The notes below the pieces were generated by a model that was not told the origin of the DNA, searched no databases, and saw only the letters and a program-made list of their open reading frames with translations. This document shows, piece after piece, positions 1 through 8,813 of a DNA stretch of 64,000 nt. Numbering within the stretch: position 1 is the first letter of the stretch; every line of letters starts with the position of its first letter. Source of the DNA: Clostridiales bacterium (GTDB lineage Bacteria; Bacillota; Clostridia; Christensenellales; CAG-138). The position numbers and the translations under genes were made by a program. The stretch covers positions 65,479-129,478 of the forward strand of contig SFDB01000001.1 in NCBI GenBank assembly GCA_004558825.1, in the 5' to 3' direction.

Positions 1-557
1 TTCTCCGCTGGGTATACCTCGTTGACGAGACCGATACGTTTCGCTTCCTGAGCATCGATTTGCGCTCCCGTCAATATAAGCTGCATTGCATAAGGAACAC
101 CAATGACCCTGGGCAGTCTTTGAGTTCCGCCAAAGCCGGGCGTTATGCCAAGCCCCGTCTCGGGCTGACCCATTTTTGCCTTTTCGCTCGCAAGGCGTAT
201 GTCGCAGCAAAGCGCGAGCTCACATCCGCCGCCGAGCGCATAACCGTTAATCGCAGCAATCACCGGTATTTCGAGTCCTTCAAGGCGCGACAAGGCCGCT
301 TGACCCTTCATGCAAAACTCTTTTGCTTCCTGTGCGCTGAGCTCGGACATCTCCGCAATATCCGCTCCCGCCACAAAAGCCTTTCCCGCGCCTGTTACAA
401 CAAGAACACGCACATCGGCGTCGGCCTCTATCATGTCGGACGCCTCACAAAGCTCCCGAAGCACGTCGCTGTTAAGCGCATTGAAGGCCTTAGGGCGGTT
501 TATCGTCAGTATGCCGATGCTATTTCGTTTTTCAAATGTCACATGCTCCATGCTCAT
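1..557 (-). CDS. crt: Enoyl-CoA hydratase / crotonase (short-chain 3-hydroxyacyl-CoA dehydratase), C-terminus off window
   Basis: Not in the ORF track because it runs off the window. Own translation from ATG at 557: MSMEHVTFEKRNSIGILTINRPKAFNALN..VVTGAGKAFVAGADIAEM..NGYALGGGCELALCCDIR..GLGITPGFGGTQRLPR. These are crotonase-fold motifs. It lies 20 nt downstream of kamE. Confidence 0.85.
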   Translation of the reverse strand, partial: MSMEHVTFEKRNSIGILTINRPKAFNALNSDVLRELCEASDMIEADADVRVLVVTGAGKAFVAGADIAEMSELSAQEAKEFCMKGQAALSRLEGLEIPVIAAINGYALGGGCELALCCDIRLASEKAKMGQPETGLGITPGFGGTQRLPRVIGVPYAMQLILTGAQIDAQEAKRIGLVNEVYPAE

Positions 558-577
558 CGTGTTCCTTTCAGGGAGAT

Positions 578-1366
578 TTATTTTTTGCCGCGTTTAACCA
601 TTTCGGTTATCGCAAACGTCGCAACGTCCTCGGCATATTTTTGCTGTCCGAAGCCTGCATCGTAGCCAAGCTCCTTCGCAAGCTCGTGCGTTATGCGCGC
701 TCCGCCGCACACGAGTATGAACCGGTCACGAAGCCCTTCAGCCTCGAGAAGCTCCACAAGCTCCGTAAGATTTTTGATGTGTACATCCTTCTGCGTGACC
801 GTTTGTGATACGAGCAGAACGTCTGCATTCAGCTCTACGGCCTTTTTTATGAACTCCTCGTTCGTGACCTGCGCGCCAAGGTTGTATGCCTCTATCATCT
901 CGAAGCGTTCAAGTCCGTAATGGCCCGCAAAGCCTTTTCTGTTCATTATGGCGTCTATGCCCACCGTATGCGCATCTGTACCTGTTGACGCTCCCACCAT
1001 TATTACCTTACGCCCGATGTTCTCCCGTATGTATTCATCGCAGGCGTGCATATCCATCGTCTCTTCTTCAACGGTCTCGACGTGTATATTCTCGTAATCG
1101 ACCGTATGAGCGCACGAGCCGTACACGACGTAAAACGTGAACTCTTTATCGAGCGGCTTTGCAAGCGCAACGTTGGGCTCGGAAATTCCCATTTTTTTTG
1201 CAAGGAGCCTTGCCGCCTCGGTTCCTCGCTCGTCGTCTTTTACGGGAAGCGTAAAAGAAAGCTGCACCTTGCCGTCGTTCATCGTATCGCCATATGCCTT
1301 CAGCTTTGAAAGGTCAAGCGTTTTATCAAAATCCTGCTTGCTTGTATTGTAAAGTCCGGAGCTCAT
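578..1366 (-). CDS. kamE: Lysine 5,6-aminomutase beta subunit (B12-binding)
   Basis: 262 aa, the length I recall for characterised KamE. Cobalamin DxHxxG motif (TDAHTVG). 4-nt overlap with kamD upstream. Confidence 0.9.
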   Translation of the reverse strand: MSSGLYNTSKQDFDKTLDLSKLKAYGDTMNDGKVQLSFTLPVKDDERGTEAARLLAKKMGISEPNVALAKPLDKEFTFYVVYGSCAHTVDYENIHVETVEEETMDMHACDEYIRENIGRKVIMVGASTGTDAHTVGIDAIMNRKGFAGHYGLERFEMIEAYNLGAQVTNEEFIKKAVELNADVLLVSQTVTQKDVHIKNLTELVELLEAEGLRDRFILVCGGARITHELAKELGYDAGFGQQKYAEDVATFAITEMVKRGKK

Positions 1367-2922
1367 CCGTTAACGCCCCCTTTCATAAGCTCTACGAACG
1401 GGTTGAAGTAATCGTCGGACTTTACGACGACTCCGCTCAAGCCCTTGCCGCCTTCGCGCGAACGCTTTATATCGGCAAATATTCCCTTTTCAAGCGTTGC
1501 AAAAAGACCCATATGCTCTATCTCGCCAAGAAGCTTAGCGGCCTTTGCCAAAACGTCGTTTGCGCGCGTCTCCATTATGCCGCCTTCCTTGAACGAAATA
1601 TCGTCGCCCAGATCCTTCATCGTCCTGAATATATACTGCGCGTTTTCAATAGACAGCGCTCTGTCGCTCATAAACGGCGTGTGTATAGCCTCCGTGAGCA
1701 TTCCGAGAAGATGGAGTTTCTGCCCCGTCAGTATCGTGACCATGTTAAACAGCGCGTCCTGAACGTGTCCCCTGAATATGTTGCCCGTCATGAACTTCGT
1801 CGGCGGCATGTATTTCAAGGGCGCCTTCGGGAATATCTGGCGCGCCATCTGCGCCTGCGCCAATTCATAGAGGAAGCCGTTCTCAACATCGGGCGATATT
1901 TCGAACGCATGGCCCAAGCCCTGCTGTTCCTCGGGAAGCCCCGCGCAAAGAGCGAACTGCTCGTTAAGGAACTGCGAAGCAAGAACCGTATGCGCCTCTT
2001 CAACCGCGTCGGCCGTGGTAAGGTAATTATCCTCGCCCGTGTTAATTATTACGCCCGCGAACGAGTTGATAACGCGTGAGAAATACTGGTCGACTATCGT
2101 GCGCTGCATGTTGATGTCACGGAATAATATGCCATAAAGCGCATCGTTAAGCATTACGTCAAGCCTTTCAAGCGCGCCCATCGCCGCTATTTCAGGCATA
2201 CAAAGACCCGAACAATAGTTGCAGAGCCGAATGTAGCGCTTTTCTTCGCGTCCAACCTCGTCGAGCGCTTCGCGCATGAGCCTGAAGTTCTCCTGCGTCG
2301 CGTATGTTCCGCCAAAGCCTTCCGTAGTAGCGCCATAGGGAACATAATCAAGAAGGCTTTGACCCGTCGTGCGAATTACGGCTATTATATCCGCGCCCTG
2401 CTTCGCTGCGGCCTTCGCCTGGGTTATATCCTCGTAGATGTTTCCCGTCGCAACGATTACATAAAGATACGGACCTTCCTTGTCGCCGTACTCTGACAAG
2501 AACTCGTTGCGTTTCGCAGCATTCCCGCGTATGCGCTCTACAGTCGCCATCGCTACCGGCATTATCTTGGCGCGTATCTCTTCGTTTGTTTGCGGCGCAA
2601 TGGCCGCGAGATCAAGCTCGCACTTATCTATTTTTTCGGCAATTTCCTGCGGCGAAAGCCCTGTCGCAGCCATCGCATTTCCTATGTAAAACGCGGCGCC
2701 GCCCGAAAGTATGCCCCTGTCCGTCAAATGGTTCACTACGACATTGGGCAGCGGCACCTCAAAATCGTTTACGCCGTCAATACCGAGCAGTCTGCATACG
2801 GCGCGCTCGACTGTCACAGTCGTATGAATATCAATAAACGCCTGCGTATCTTCAGCAATATGCTTTGCTGACTGCCTTGCTCCGTCCACAAGCGCCTTGT
2901 TTAGATTAAGCTTGTTCTGCAT
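1363..2922 (-). CDS. kamD: Lysine 5,6-aminomutase alpha subunit
   Basis: 519 aa TIM-barrel-type large subunit. Typical KamD N-terminus (LNLNKALVDGARQSAKHIAEDTQAFID). GGGGG RBS. Coupled to kamE. Confidence 0.9.
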   Translation of the reverse strand: MQNKLNLNKALVDGARQSAKHIAEDTQAFIDIHTTVTVERAVCRLLGIDGVNDFEVPLPNVVVNHLTDRGILSGGAAFYIGNAMAATGLSPQEIAEKIDKCELDLAAIAPQTNEEIRAKIMPVAMATVERIRGNAAKRNEFLSEYGDKEGPYLYVIVATGNIYEDITQAKAAAKQGADIIAVIRTTGQSLLDYVPYGATTEGFGGTYATQENFRLMREALDEVGREEKRYIRLCNYCSGLCMPEIAAMGALERLDVMLNDALYGILFRDINMQRTIVDQYFSRVINSFAGVIINTGEDNYLTTADAVEEAHTVLASQFLNEQFALCAGLPEEQQGLGHAFEISPDVENGFLYELAQAQMARQIFPKAPLKYMPPTKFMTGNIFRGHVQDALFNMVTILTGQKLHLLGMLTEAIHTPFMSDRALSIENAQYIFRTMKDLGDDISFKEGGIMETRANDVLAKAAKLLGEIEHMGLFATLEKGIFADIKRSREGGKGLSGVVVKSDDYFNPFVELMKGGVNG

Positions 2923-2964
2923 CGATTCACCCCCTGTTAAGTTCTTATCGATTAAGTCACTCGG

Positions 2965-4224
2965 TCAAGCGTTCGCCGAATGGCCCCTCTTTGTTCTTGC
3001 AAGATCCTTGGGCTCCATGCTGAGCTGCTGCCCCTGCTCAAGGCCGGCCACACCGATGAGTTCTGCATTCTTTTCTTTGCGGCAAACCTCACAGTTGCAC
3101 GTCTCCTCATAGTGCGTCGGCTCGGTATAGGTTGTGATGACGCCCTCAAAGTTTCTGAGTATTACGCGCCCCGGCGACTGACTTATGACATAGTTGGGCA
3201 TTACAGGCGTTTTGCCGCCGCCGCCCGGCGCGTCTACGACGAAAGTAGGTACGGCATAGCCCGACGTATGACCGCGCAAAGCTTCGATTATTTCGATTCC
3301 CTTAGACACAGGGGTACGGAAATGCTCGAGTCCGTACGAAAGATCGCACTGGTAGATGTAGTAGGGGCGTACCCTTATCTTGACAAGCTCCTGAACGAGC
3401 TTTTTCATCACATGCACGCAGTCGTTTACGCCCGCGAGAAGCACGCTCTGGTTGCCGAGAGGTATTCCCGCATTTGCAAGCTTTGCGCACGCCGCCGCCG
3501 ATTCCTCGGTGATCTCGTTGGGGTGATTGAAGTGCGTGTTGAGCCAAATAGGATGATACTTTTTAAGCATGTTGCAAAGATCGTCCGTTATCCTCTGCGG
3601 CATGACGACGGGCGTACGAGTTCCGAGGCGGACTATCTCGACGTGTGGTATCTTTCTAAGCTCGGAAATGATGTATTCAAGCACATTGTCGTTGAGCATG
3701 AGCACATCGCCGCCCGAAAGCAGCACGTCGCGCACTTCCGGATGGTTGCGCACATATTCGATGCAGCCGTCTATCTGTTTCATGGGAACTGCTGCGTCAT
3801 GCTGGCCCGCGAAACGCCTGCGCGTGCAGTGACGGCAGTACATCGAGCACTGGTCTGTCGTCAGGAGCAGAACGCGGTCGGGATACCTGTGCGTGAGCCC
3901 CGGAACCGGCGAGTCCGTATCTTCATGGAGCGGATCGAGCAGATCGGCGCATGCGCGGTGGAGCTCGAGCGCTGTCGGAATCGCCTGCCGGCGAACGGGA
4001 TCATGCGGATCATCGGGGTTAATGAGCGAAAGGTAGTACGGCGTTATCGCCATGCGCAGAGTGCCGAGGCACTTAGCGATGCCGTCCTCCTCTTCGGGGG
4101 TTAGCTTGATATACTTCTTGAGTTCATCAAGCGTCTCTATTCTATGCGTTACCTGCCATATCCAGTCGTTCCACTGTTCATCCGGAATATCGCGGAAAAG
4201 GCCGTATTGCCTGCTTTTATTCAT
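2965..4224 (-). CDS. kamA: Lysine 2,3-aminomutase (radical SAM, PLP)
   Basis: Radical-SAM CxxxCxxC (CSMYCRHCTRR) and KamA-type C-terminal Cys cluster (CNCEVC). Start moved to MNKSRQYG at 4224, which has an AAGGAGA RBS. The track ORF extends to 4278. Confidence 0.92.
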   Translation of the reverse strand: MNKSRQYGLFRDIPDEQWNDWIWQVTHRIETLDELKKYIKLTPEEEDGIAKCLGTLRMAITPYYLSLINPDDPHDPVRRQAIPTALELHRACADLLDPLHEDTDSPVPGLTHRYPDRVLLLTTDQCSMYCRHCTRRRFAGQHDAAVPMKQIDGCIEYVRNHPEVRDVLLSGGDVLMLNDNVLEYIISELRKIPHVEIVRLGTRTPVVMPQRITDDLCNMLKKYHPIWLNTHFNHPNEITEESAAACAKLANAGIPLGNQSVLLAGVNDCVHVMKKLVQELVKIRVRPYYIYQCDLSYGLEHFRTPVSKGIEIIEALRGHTSGYAVPTFVVDAPGGGGKTPVMPNYVISQSPGRVILRNFEGVITTYTEPTHYEETCNCEVCRKEKNAELIGVAGLEQGQQLSMEPKDLARTKRGHSANA

Positions 4225-4307
4225 TGCTGGTTCTCCTTTTTTTGCAATGCGTTTTAAGAGAAACCCGCGGGCGGTCACACCGCCCGCAGGTTTTATAGAT
4301 ACTTCAA

Positions 4308-5348
4308 TTAAACGTATTTCTCGTCAAAGAGCTTGCGAAGCTTCTCGTTCTCGCGGAGAACGTTGAGCGTAATTTCGGCATGGTTCTTTGTGTAGCCGTT
4401 GCCAACTATCATCGTGACGTCTTTGCCGACGCCTTCCGCGCCGAGAGCCGCCTTTGTGAAGCTCGTAGCCATTGAGAAGAAGTATACGATACCGTCGTCG
4501 CGTACGGGCAGTATAGCTGACATTTCGCAATTTTCCACGTTTACGCAGCATATGGAGAGATCATACTCCTTGCCGTCGTTCGCTTCAAGCGCCTTCTCAA
4601 GAACAGCGACGGGCTCTGTTGCGCTGGCAACGATTACCTTGTTGTATACGCCGAGCTCCTCAAGCGCAGCAACCTGTGCCGGATTCCTTACGACGCCGAC
4701 TACGTTACCCTTCGGGCCTACGGCCTTCATTGCTTCATAGCCGCAGAGAACGCCCGACTTGCCGTTTGCGCCGAGAATAAGTACGCTGTCGCCTTCCTTC
4801 GGAAGCTTGCGCGCCTGTGCGGGAGCGCCGGCCACGTCAAGAGCCGCAAGCGCAAGGGCTTCGCTCATATCGTCGGGAAGCTTTGCATAAATGCCGCTCT
4901 CGAAAAGAACAGCCTTGCCTTCGATATCAACGCGGTCAATGTCCTTATGGATTGCCTTGATTTTGTCAATCCTCAAAGGAGTCATCGAAAGCGATACGAG
5001 AGAGGCAATCTTATCGCCGACCTTGAGGTCTCTGTCCTTGAGATCCTCACCGATGTAAGCAACTTTGCCAATAAACATTCCGCCTGAGCCCGTTACGGGG
5101 TTCTGCTGCTTGCCGCGCTCCGCAACGATGCCGAGAATCATTTCACCTATCTTTTTCTCGTCGCCGCCGCACGCCTCTTCAATCTGCGTAAACGACGCGG
5201 AATCGATATTGAGCGAAATAACGTCGCAGATAATCTCGTTGGAATAGAGCTTATCCATGTCGTTGTCGATTTTGTAAGCCGCCTGCGTAAGAACGCCCTT
5301 GGGCTCTATAACTCTGTGCGTTCCGTACTTATTTCCCTTCATTGCCAT
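4308..5348 (-). CDS. kdd: 3,5-diaminohexanoate dehydrogenase
   Basis: 346 aa, Rossmann GANGKSG motif. Position between kce and kamA in a lysine-fermentation operon. N-terminus typical of Kdd as I recall it. Confidence 0.82.
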   Translation of the reverse strand: MAMKGNKYGTHRVIEPKGVLTQAAYKIDNDMDKLYSNEIICDVISLNIDSASFTQIEEACGGDEKKIGEMILGIVAERGKQQNPVTGSGGMFIGKVAYIGEDLKDRDLKVGDKIASLVSLSMTPLRIDKIKAIHKDIDRVDIEGKAVLFESGIYAKLPDDMSEALALAALDVAGAPAQARKLPKEGDSVLILGANGKSGVLCGYEAMKAVGPKGNVVGVVRNPAQVAALEELGVYNKVIVASATEPVAVLEKALEANDGKEYDLSICCVNVENCEMSAILPVRDDGIVYFFSMATSFTKAALGAEGVGKDVTMIVGNGYTKNHAEITLNVLRENEKLRKLFDEKYV

Positions 5349-5379
5349 ATGTTTTTACCTCCGAAAATTATTTGTATAT

Positions 5380-6207
5380 TTACTTTCTCGGTGCAAGCCC
5401 GAGTATTTCCCTCGCTTCGTCCGGCGTGGCTATTTCACGGCCGAATTCCTTCGCAAGGCGCACCACCTTCTCAACAAGCTCCGCGTTGCTCTTCGCAAGA
5501 ACGCCCTTTGAAAGGTATACGTTGTCTTCAAATCCGACGCGCACATGGCCGCCCATCAAAATGCCCATAACAGCCATCGGGAATTCATATCTGCCTACGC
5601 CCGCCACGGTCCATGTCGAGCCCTGCGGTATGCTTTCCTTCATGAAAATCAGGTCACGCGGTTCGCCGCTTATGCCGCCGTTTACGCCCATAACGAAGTC
5701 AAAATGCATGGGAGCCTTTATGTAACCCTTCTTGCAAAGGCGGTTCGCCATGTCGATCATGCCCTTGTCAAACACCTCAACTTCGGGCTTTATTCCCCGG
5801 GCAATCATTTTTTCGCCAAAATCCTTTATCATATTCTCGGTGTTGACAAATATGTCGTCGCCGCCGAAATTGCATGTGCCGCAGTCAAGCGTCGCCATTT
5901 CGGGCATAAGCGTTATCGGCTGGAGCCTTTCATCGTTGCTCATGCCGACAGCGCCGCCTGTTGAGGGCTGTATTATGACGTCGGGACACTTTGCGCGAAT
6001 AGCCTCGAAGCATTCACGGAAACGCTCCACATCCTGCGTAGGCGTACCGTCGTCATATCTCACATGGAGGTGGATTATCGATGCGCCGGCCTTATATGCG
6101 CCGTAAGCCTCGTTCGCTATCTCTTCGACCGTATAAGGAACGGCGGGATTGTGCTCCTTCGTTACTTCTGCGCCGCAGATGCAGGCGGTGATTATAAGCT
6201 TATCCAT
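5380..6207 (-). CDS. kce: 3-keto-5-aminohexanoate cleavage enzyme
   Basis: About 275 aa BKACE/DUF849-type TIM barrel (MDKLIITACICGAEVTKEHNPAVPYT). Start moved to 6207, which removes the overlap with kal. Confidence 0.87.
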   Translation of the reverse strand: MDKLIITACICGAEVTKEHNPAVPYTVEEIANEAYGAYKAGASIIHLHVRYDDGTPTQDVERFRECFEAIRAKCPDVIIQPSTGGAVGMSNDERLQPITLMPEMATLDCGTCNFGGDDIFVNTENMIKDFGEKMIARGIKPEVEVFDKGMIDMANRLCKKGYIKAPMHFDFVMGVNGGISGEPRDLIFMKESIPQGSTWTVAGVGRYEFPMAVMGILMGGHVRVGFEDNVYLSKGVLAKSNAELVEKVVRLAKEFGREIATPDEAREILGLAPRK

Positions 6208-6214
6208 CGCCCGC

Positions 6215-6604
6215 TCACTTCCTCTGCTTGTCCTTTGGAACAACGCAGGTGCCGCTTGCTCTGCAGACGATTATGGGCGTCTCAAGCACGTCGCACGCTG
6301 AATCGTTTATGTCGGGGCGCGGCGCGATGACCTTTCTTGCCTCAAACACCATCTTTCGTGATGTGTTGCCGCAGGAAACTATCTCGCCTGTTGCCTCGAT
6401 ATAATCGCCGGCAAATACGGGAGCCATAAACTCCACCATATCGTAGGCCTTAAAAAGACCCTCGTCGCCATCGTTGAGTATAAGAAGCTCCGTGGCCACG
6501 TCGCCGAAAAGCTGGAGCATTCTTGCACCGTCAACAAGGTTTCCGCCGTAATGGGCGTCATGCGCGCTCATACGAACTCTGATTGTTGATTTCATAGATA
6601 TCAT
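6215..6604 (-). CDS. kal: 3-aminobutyryl-CoA ammonia-lyase (hot-dog fold)
   Basis: 129 aa. First gene after the lysine riboswitch. Size and context match Kal of the lysine fermentation pathway. Confidence 0.8.
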   Translation of the reverse strand: MISMKSTIRVRMSAHDAHYGGNLVDGARMLQLFGDVATELLILNDGDEGLFKAYDMVEFMAPVFAGDYIEATGEIVSCGNTSRKMVFEARKVIAPRPDINDSACDVLETPIIVCRASGTCVVPKDKQRK

Positions 6605-6690
6605 ACCTCCGTTTTATTTGATCACTCGATCGGCGTATAAAAATCAGCGCGCCGCCAATATGGATAGCATATCGATAGCGCACCGACCTA

Positions 6691-6739
6691 CAAACAAAAG
6701 GCTATTGACGCACGGCTATAAAAGCCCGTGGTCAATAGC
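6691..6739 (-). terminator. Intrinsic terminator forming the riboswitch expression platform
   Basis: RNA GCUAUUGAC-CACGGGCUUUUAUAGCCGUGC-GUCAAUAGC followed by CUUUUGUUUG. There is a 9-bp outer stem and an inner CACGG/CCGUG stem. The 5' arm overlaps the aptamer P1 3' strand. Confidence 0.7.
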
Positions 6740-6905
6740 TCTCCATCCATACGGACGACAGTTACAGCGCACTGAGCGCTGTACCCAAGCACGGGGCTTC
6801 AAGCCATGCCCCCGCGCTTTCGGCGATTCGCCATTCAATGCCGCCATCGCACGCTTTAATGCTTATCATACGGCATTTACCTAGGATATCGCGCCTCTAT
6901 TCGAG
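6734..6905 (-). promoter_or_regulatory. Lysine riboswitch (L-box) aptamer
   Basis: The minus-strand RNA carries conserved L-box blocks in order: AUAGAGGCGCG, AUCGCCGAAAG, GUAACUGUCG, AUGGAGAGCUAUU. It sits in the 5' leader of the kal-kce-kdd-kamADE operon. Confidence 0.8.
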
Positions 6906-6923
6906 TTATATCGTTGTGACATT

Positions 6924-6953
6924 ATTATATTATGCAACCGCGCGCCGTGTCAA
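6924..6953 (-). promoter_or_regulatory. Sigma-A type promoter of the lysine operon
   Basis: Minus strand has TTGACA (6953-6948), an 18-nt spacer and TATAAT (6929-6924). It lies about 20 nt upstream of the riboswitch P1. Confidence 0.6.
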
Positions 6954-7016
6954 CACAAAAACGGGCCGCAAAAGGCGCAAAATGTCTATATTTGTCTGTT
7001 AACCACCGCTTATATA

Positions 7017-7025
7017 TGGTATAAT
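7017..7025 (+). promoter_or_regulatory. Extended -10 promoter element (TGgTATAAT)
   Basis: TGGTATAAT lies 30 nt upstream of the ATG at 7055. No good -35 at standard spacing. Confidence 0.4.
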
Positions 7026-7054
7026 TCCATCATATTTTTGGGGAAGGTTCGCTA

Positions 7055-7612
7055 ATGGAAGCTATATTCAAAAACAATACTCCGCTTGACGCTGACACGA
7101 TGTTCGAGCTTAACTGGTTCTACATTTCCCTCAACGCGCGAGGCACAGCGCTTAAAAGGGTCGCTTCATCGATTTGCGCCGTCATCTTATGCGGCGCAAG
7201 CGTGCTTTGGGCGGTAAAAAGCGGTGCATGGACGCTCTGTGTTCCGGTATTTTTAGCAGGCGCACTCATAGGCGCTGTGCCGTTCATACAAAAGATGCGC
7301 GCAAAATCGCAATTCAAGCGCAATCTCAAGGGCAAGTTCGACATAGGCTACATGAACGAGTTCACGTTCTGCAGAAGCGATTTTTCAGTCAGAAATTCGC
7401 AGTCATCCGTGTCGTCCGATTATCGCGCAGTGAAGCGTTGGTATGAAACAGGACGCTATTTTTTCCTCTTCATCGACGAAAAGAAGGCGTTCATGATAGA
7501 TAAGCGCCGCTTCACGAAGGGCAGTGCAATGGATTTCCGCGCGTTTCTGCACGAAAAATGCGCCGACGCCTATAGAAGCGGCAAGCCCTCCACTCGGCCG
7601 AAAAAGGCTTGA
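7055..7612 (+). CDS. Hypothetical membrane protein (YcxB-like: two TM helices plus a C-terminal domain)
   Basis: 185 aa. Two hydrophobic helices (residues about 35-80) are followed by a soluble domain. GGGGAAGG RBS. Family assignment is from memory only. Confidence 0.4.
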   Translation: MEAIFKNNTPLDADTMFELNWFYISLNARGTALKRVASSICAVILCGASVLWAVKSGAWTLCVPVFLAGALIGAVPFIQKMRAKSQFKRNLKGKFDIGYMNEFTFCRSDFSVRNSQSSVSSDYRAVKRWYETGRYFFLFIDEKKAFMIDKRRFTKGSAMDFRAFLHEKCADAYRSGKPSTRPKKA

Positions 7613-7640
7613 TTTCATAACGCGGCATATGAAACGACAG

Positions 7641-7677
7641 CCGCCCGGTGCTAAGCGCCACAGCGGTGTTCCTTTTT
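7641..7677 (+). terminator. Weak intrinsic terminator
   Basis: CCGCCCGGTGCTAAGCGCCACAGCGG hairpin, then TGTTCCTTTTT. Confidence 0.35.
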
Positions 7678-7743
7678 ATATATCAGCCGACTTGCAATGC
7701 ACAAATAAATGATGCCTGCCATCGCTGTATGCCTGATTTCTGC

Positions 7744-8670
7744 TTAAATAAACGCCTTTATATATCTGCTCAGGTTGCCGTAAGCTATCTTCAGTATGTC
7801 TTCTGCGGCAAAACCACGCAAAGAAAGCTCGCCAAGAAGTCCCTGCATTTTTGACGGATTCTCCAGTCCTATCGGATAACGCACCATTCCGTCAAAGTCA
7901 GAACCAATTGCAACGCAGTCAATCCCGCCCAAATCTGCAATGTATTCAATTTGGTCGGCAATATCGTCTATTATCGCGTGCGCATTGTCTGTAAGCTGCG
8001 GCTGATAAAAATTTACTCCTACAACGCCGCCGCGGCGTGCTATCTCTTTTATATGCACGTCCTTCAGCGATCTCGGATGCTTAAACGCGCCGCGCGCATT
8101 CGAGTGCGACGCAAACACAGCGCTGTCTGTCATTTCGAGTATATCATCTATGCCGGCGTCGCTTAAATGCGAAAGGTCGATTGCCATATTCAATCTGTCC
8201 ATTTCGCGTATCACATCGCGCCCAAATTCAGTCAGCCCTTTTGCACGCTTTCGCATTGCCGGCTGAGCGAGCGCATTCGTCTCGTTCCATGTCAGAGTCA
8301 TGGCCCTCACGCCGAGTCTATGAAATATGCGCAGATTTGCAAGGCTTCCCTCAATCGCTTCGCCGCCCTCTATCGTCAAAACAGAGGCTATCCTGCCGCC
8401 TTTTTCATCAAAATCGCGTGTCAAAGGAATTATTGCGGGCGTCTCATCGAGCATTCTGTAATACGCGTCTATCATATCGACACACTGTCTTGCGTACGGA
8501 ACATGCTTTTTACTGTCAACCCATACCGCAAAAAACTGGAGCTTAACATTGCCCTTCTCAAGATGCTCAAGGCATATGGTTTGTCGCTGCGCACATCGGT
8601 TCATGTCAAACCCTCCGTACGCCATTCCGTATAAAAAGTCGCAGTGCGCATCTGCAACGGGGAAAATCAT
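7744..8670 (-). CDS. Membrane dipeptidase, peptidase family M19
   Basis: 308 aa. N-terminal DAHCDFL metal-binding motif and overall renal-dipeptidase-like pattern. Confidence 0.8.
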   Translation of the reverse strand: MIFPVADAHCDFLYGMAYGGFDMNRCAQRQTICLEHLEKGNVKLQFFAVWVDSKKHVPYARQCVDMIDAYYRMLDETPAIIPLTRDFDEKGGRIASVLTIEGGEAIEGSLANLRIFHRLGVRAMTLTWNETNALAQPAMRKRAKGLTEFGRDVIREMDRLNMAIDLSHLSDAGIDDILEMTDSAVFASHSNARGAFKHPRSLKDVHIKEIARRGGVVGVNFYQPQLTDNAHAIIDDIADQIEYIADLGGIDCVAIGSDFDGMVRYPIGLENPSKMQGLLGELSLRGFAAEDILKIAYGNLSRYIKAFI

Positions 8671-8754
8671 TTTACCGCCTCCACTTGTATACTACAGGTA
8701 ATACTATTCGACCGACAAGAAAATTATTCACTTCGCATGCACATATCGGCCGTC

Positions 8755-8792
8755 AATCAAAACGAAGCAAGCGACTTCATGCCGCTTGCTTC
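8755..8792 (-). terminator. Intrinsic terminator after rny
   Basis: GAAGCAAGCG-loop-CGCUUGCUUC perfect 10-bp stem followed by GUUUUGAUU. Confidence 0.75.
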
Positions 8793-8813
8793 AATAACGT
8801 TTCGCTTTTCATC

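Noticed and set aside
60-665. 201-aa plus-strand ORF at the window start.
   Set aside because: It is antisense to a clear crotonase reading frame (1..557, minus) and to the end of kamE. It has no motifs.
2980-4104. 374-aa plus-strand ORF antisense to kamA. Similar long shadow ORFs occur at 1294..2079, 10539..11585, 18604..19665, 37165..38232, 59440..60432 and 61846..62973.
   Set aside because: Each lies fully opposite a gene with unmistakable family motifs. Their translations are Arg, Ser and Ala rich low-complexity with no recognisable domains. Long antisense ORFs are expected in GC-rich coding DNA.
2965-4278. N-terminal extensions of track ORFs. These affect kamA, kce 6243, rimO 14781, the NusG-II gene 20894, DRTGG genes 28278 and 30453, the SPOR gene 31424, the flippase 33804, the DivIVA-domain gene 34060, the ABC transporter 47071 and rpsB 56682.
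   Set aside because: The extensions overlap upstream genes or lack an RBS. Internal starts have good SD sequences and give family-typical N-termini, so trimmed coordinates were used.
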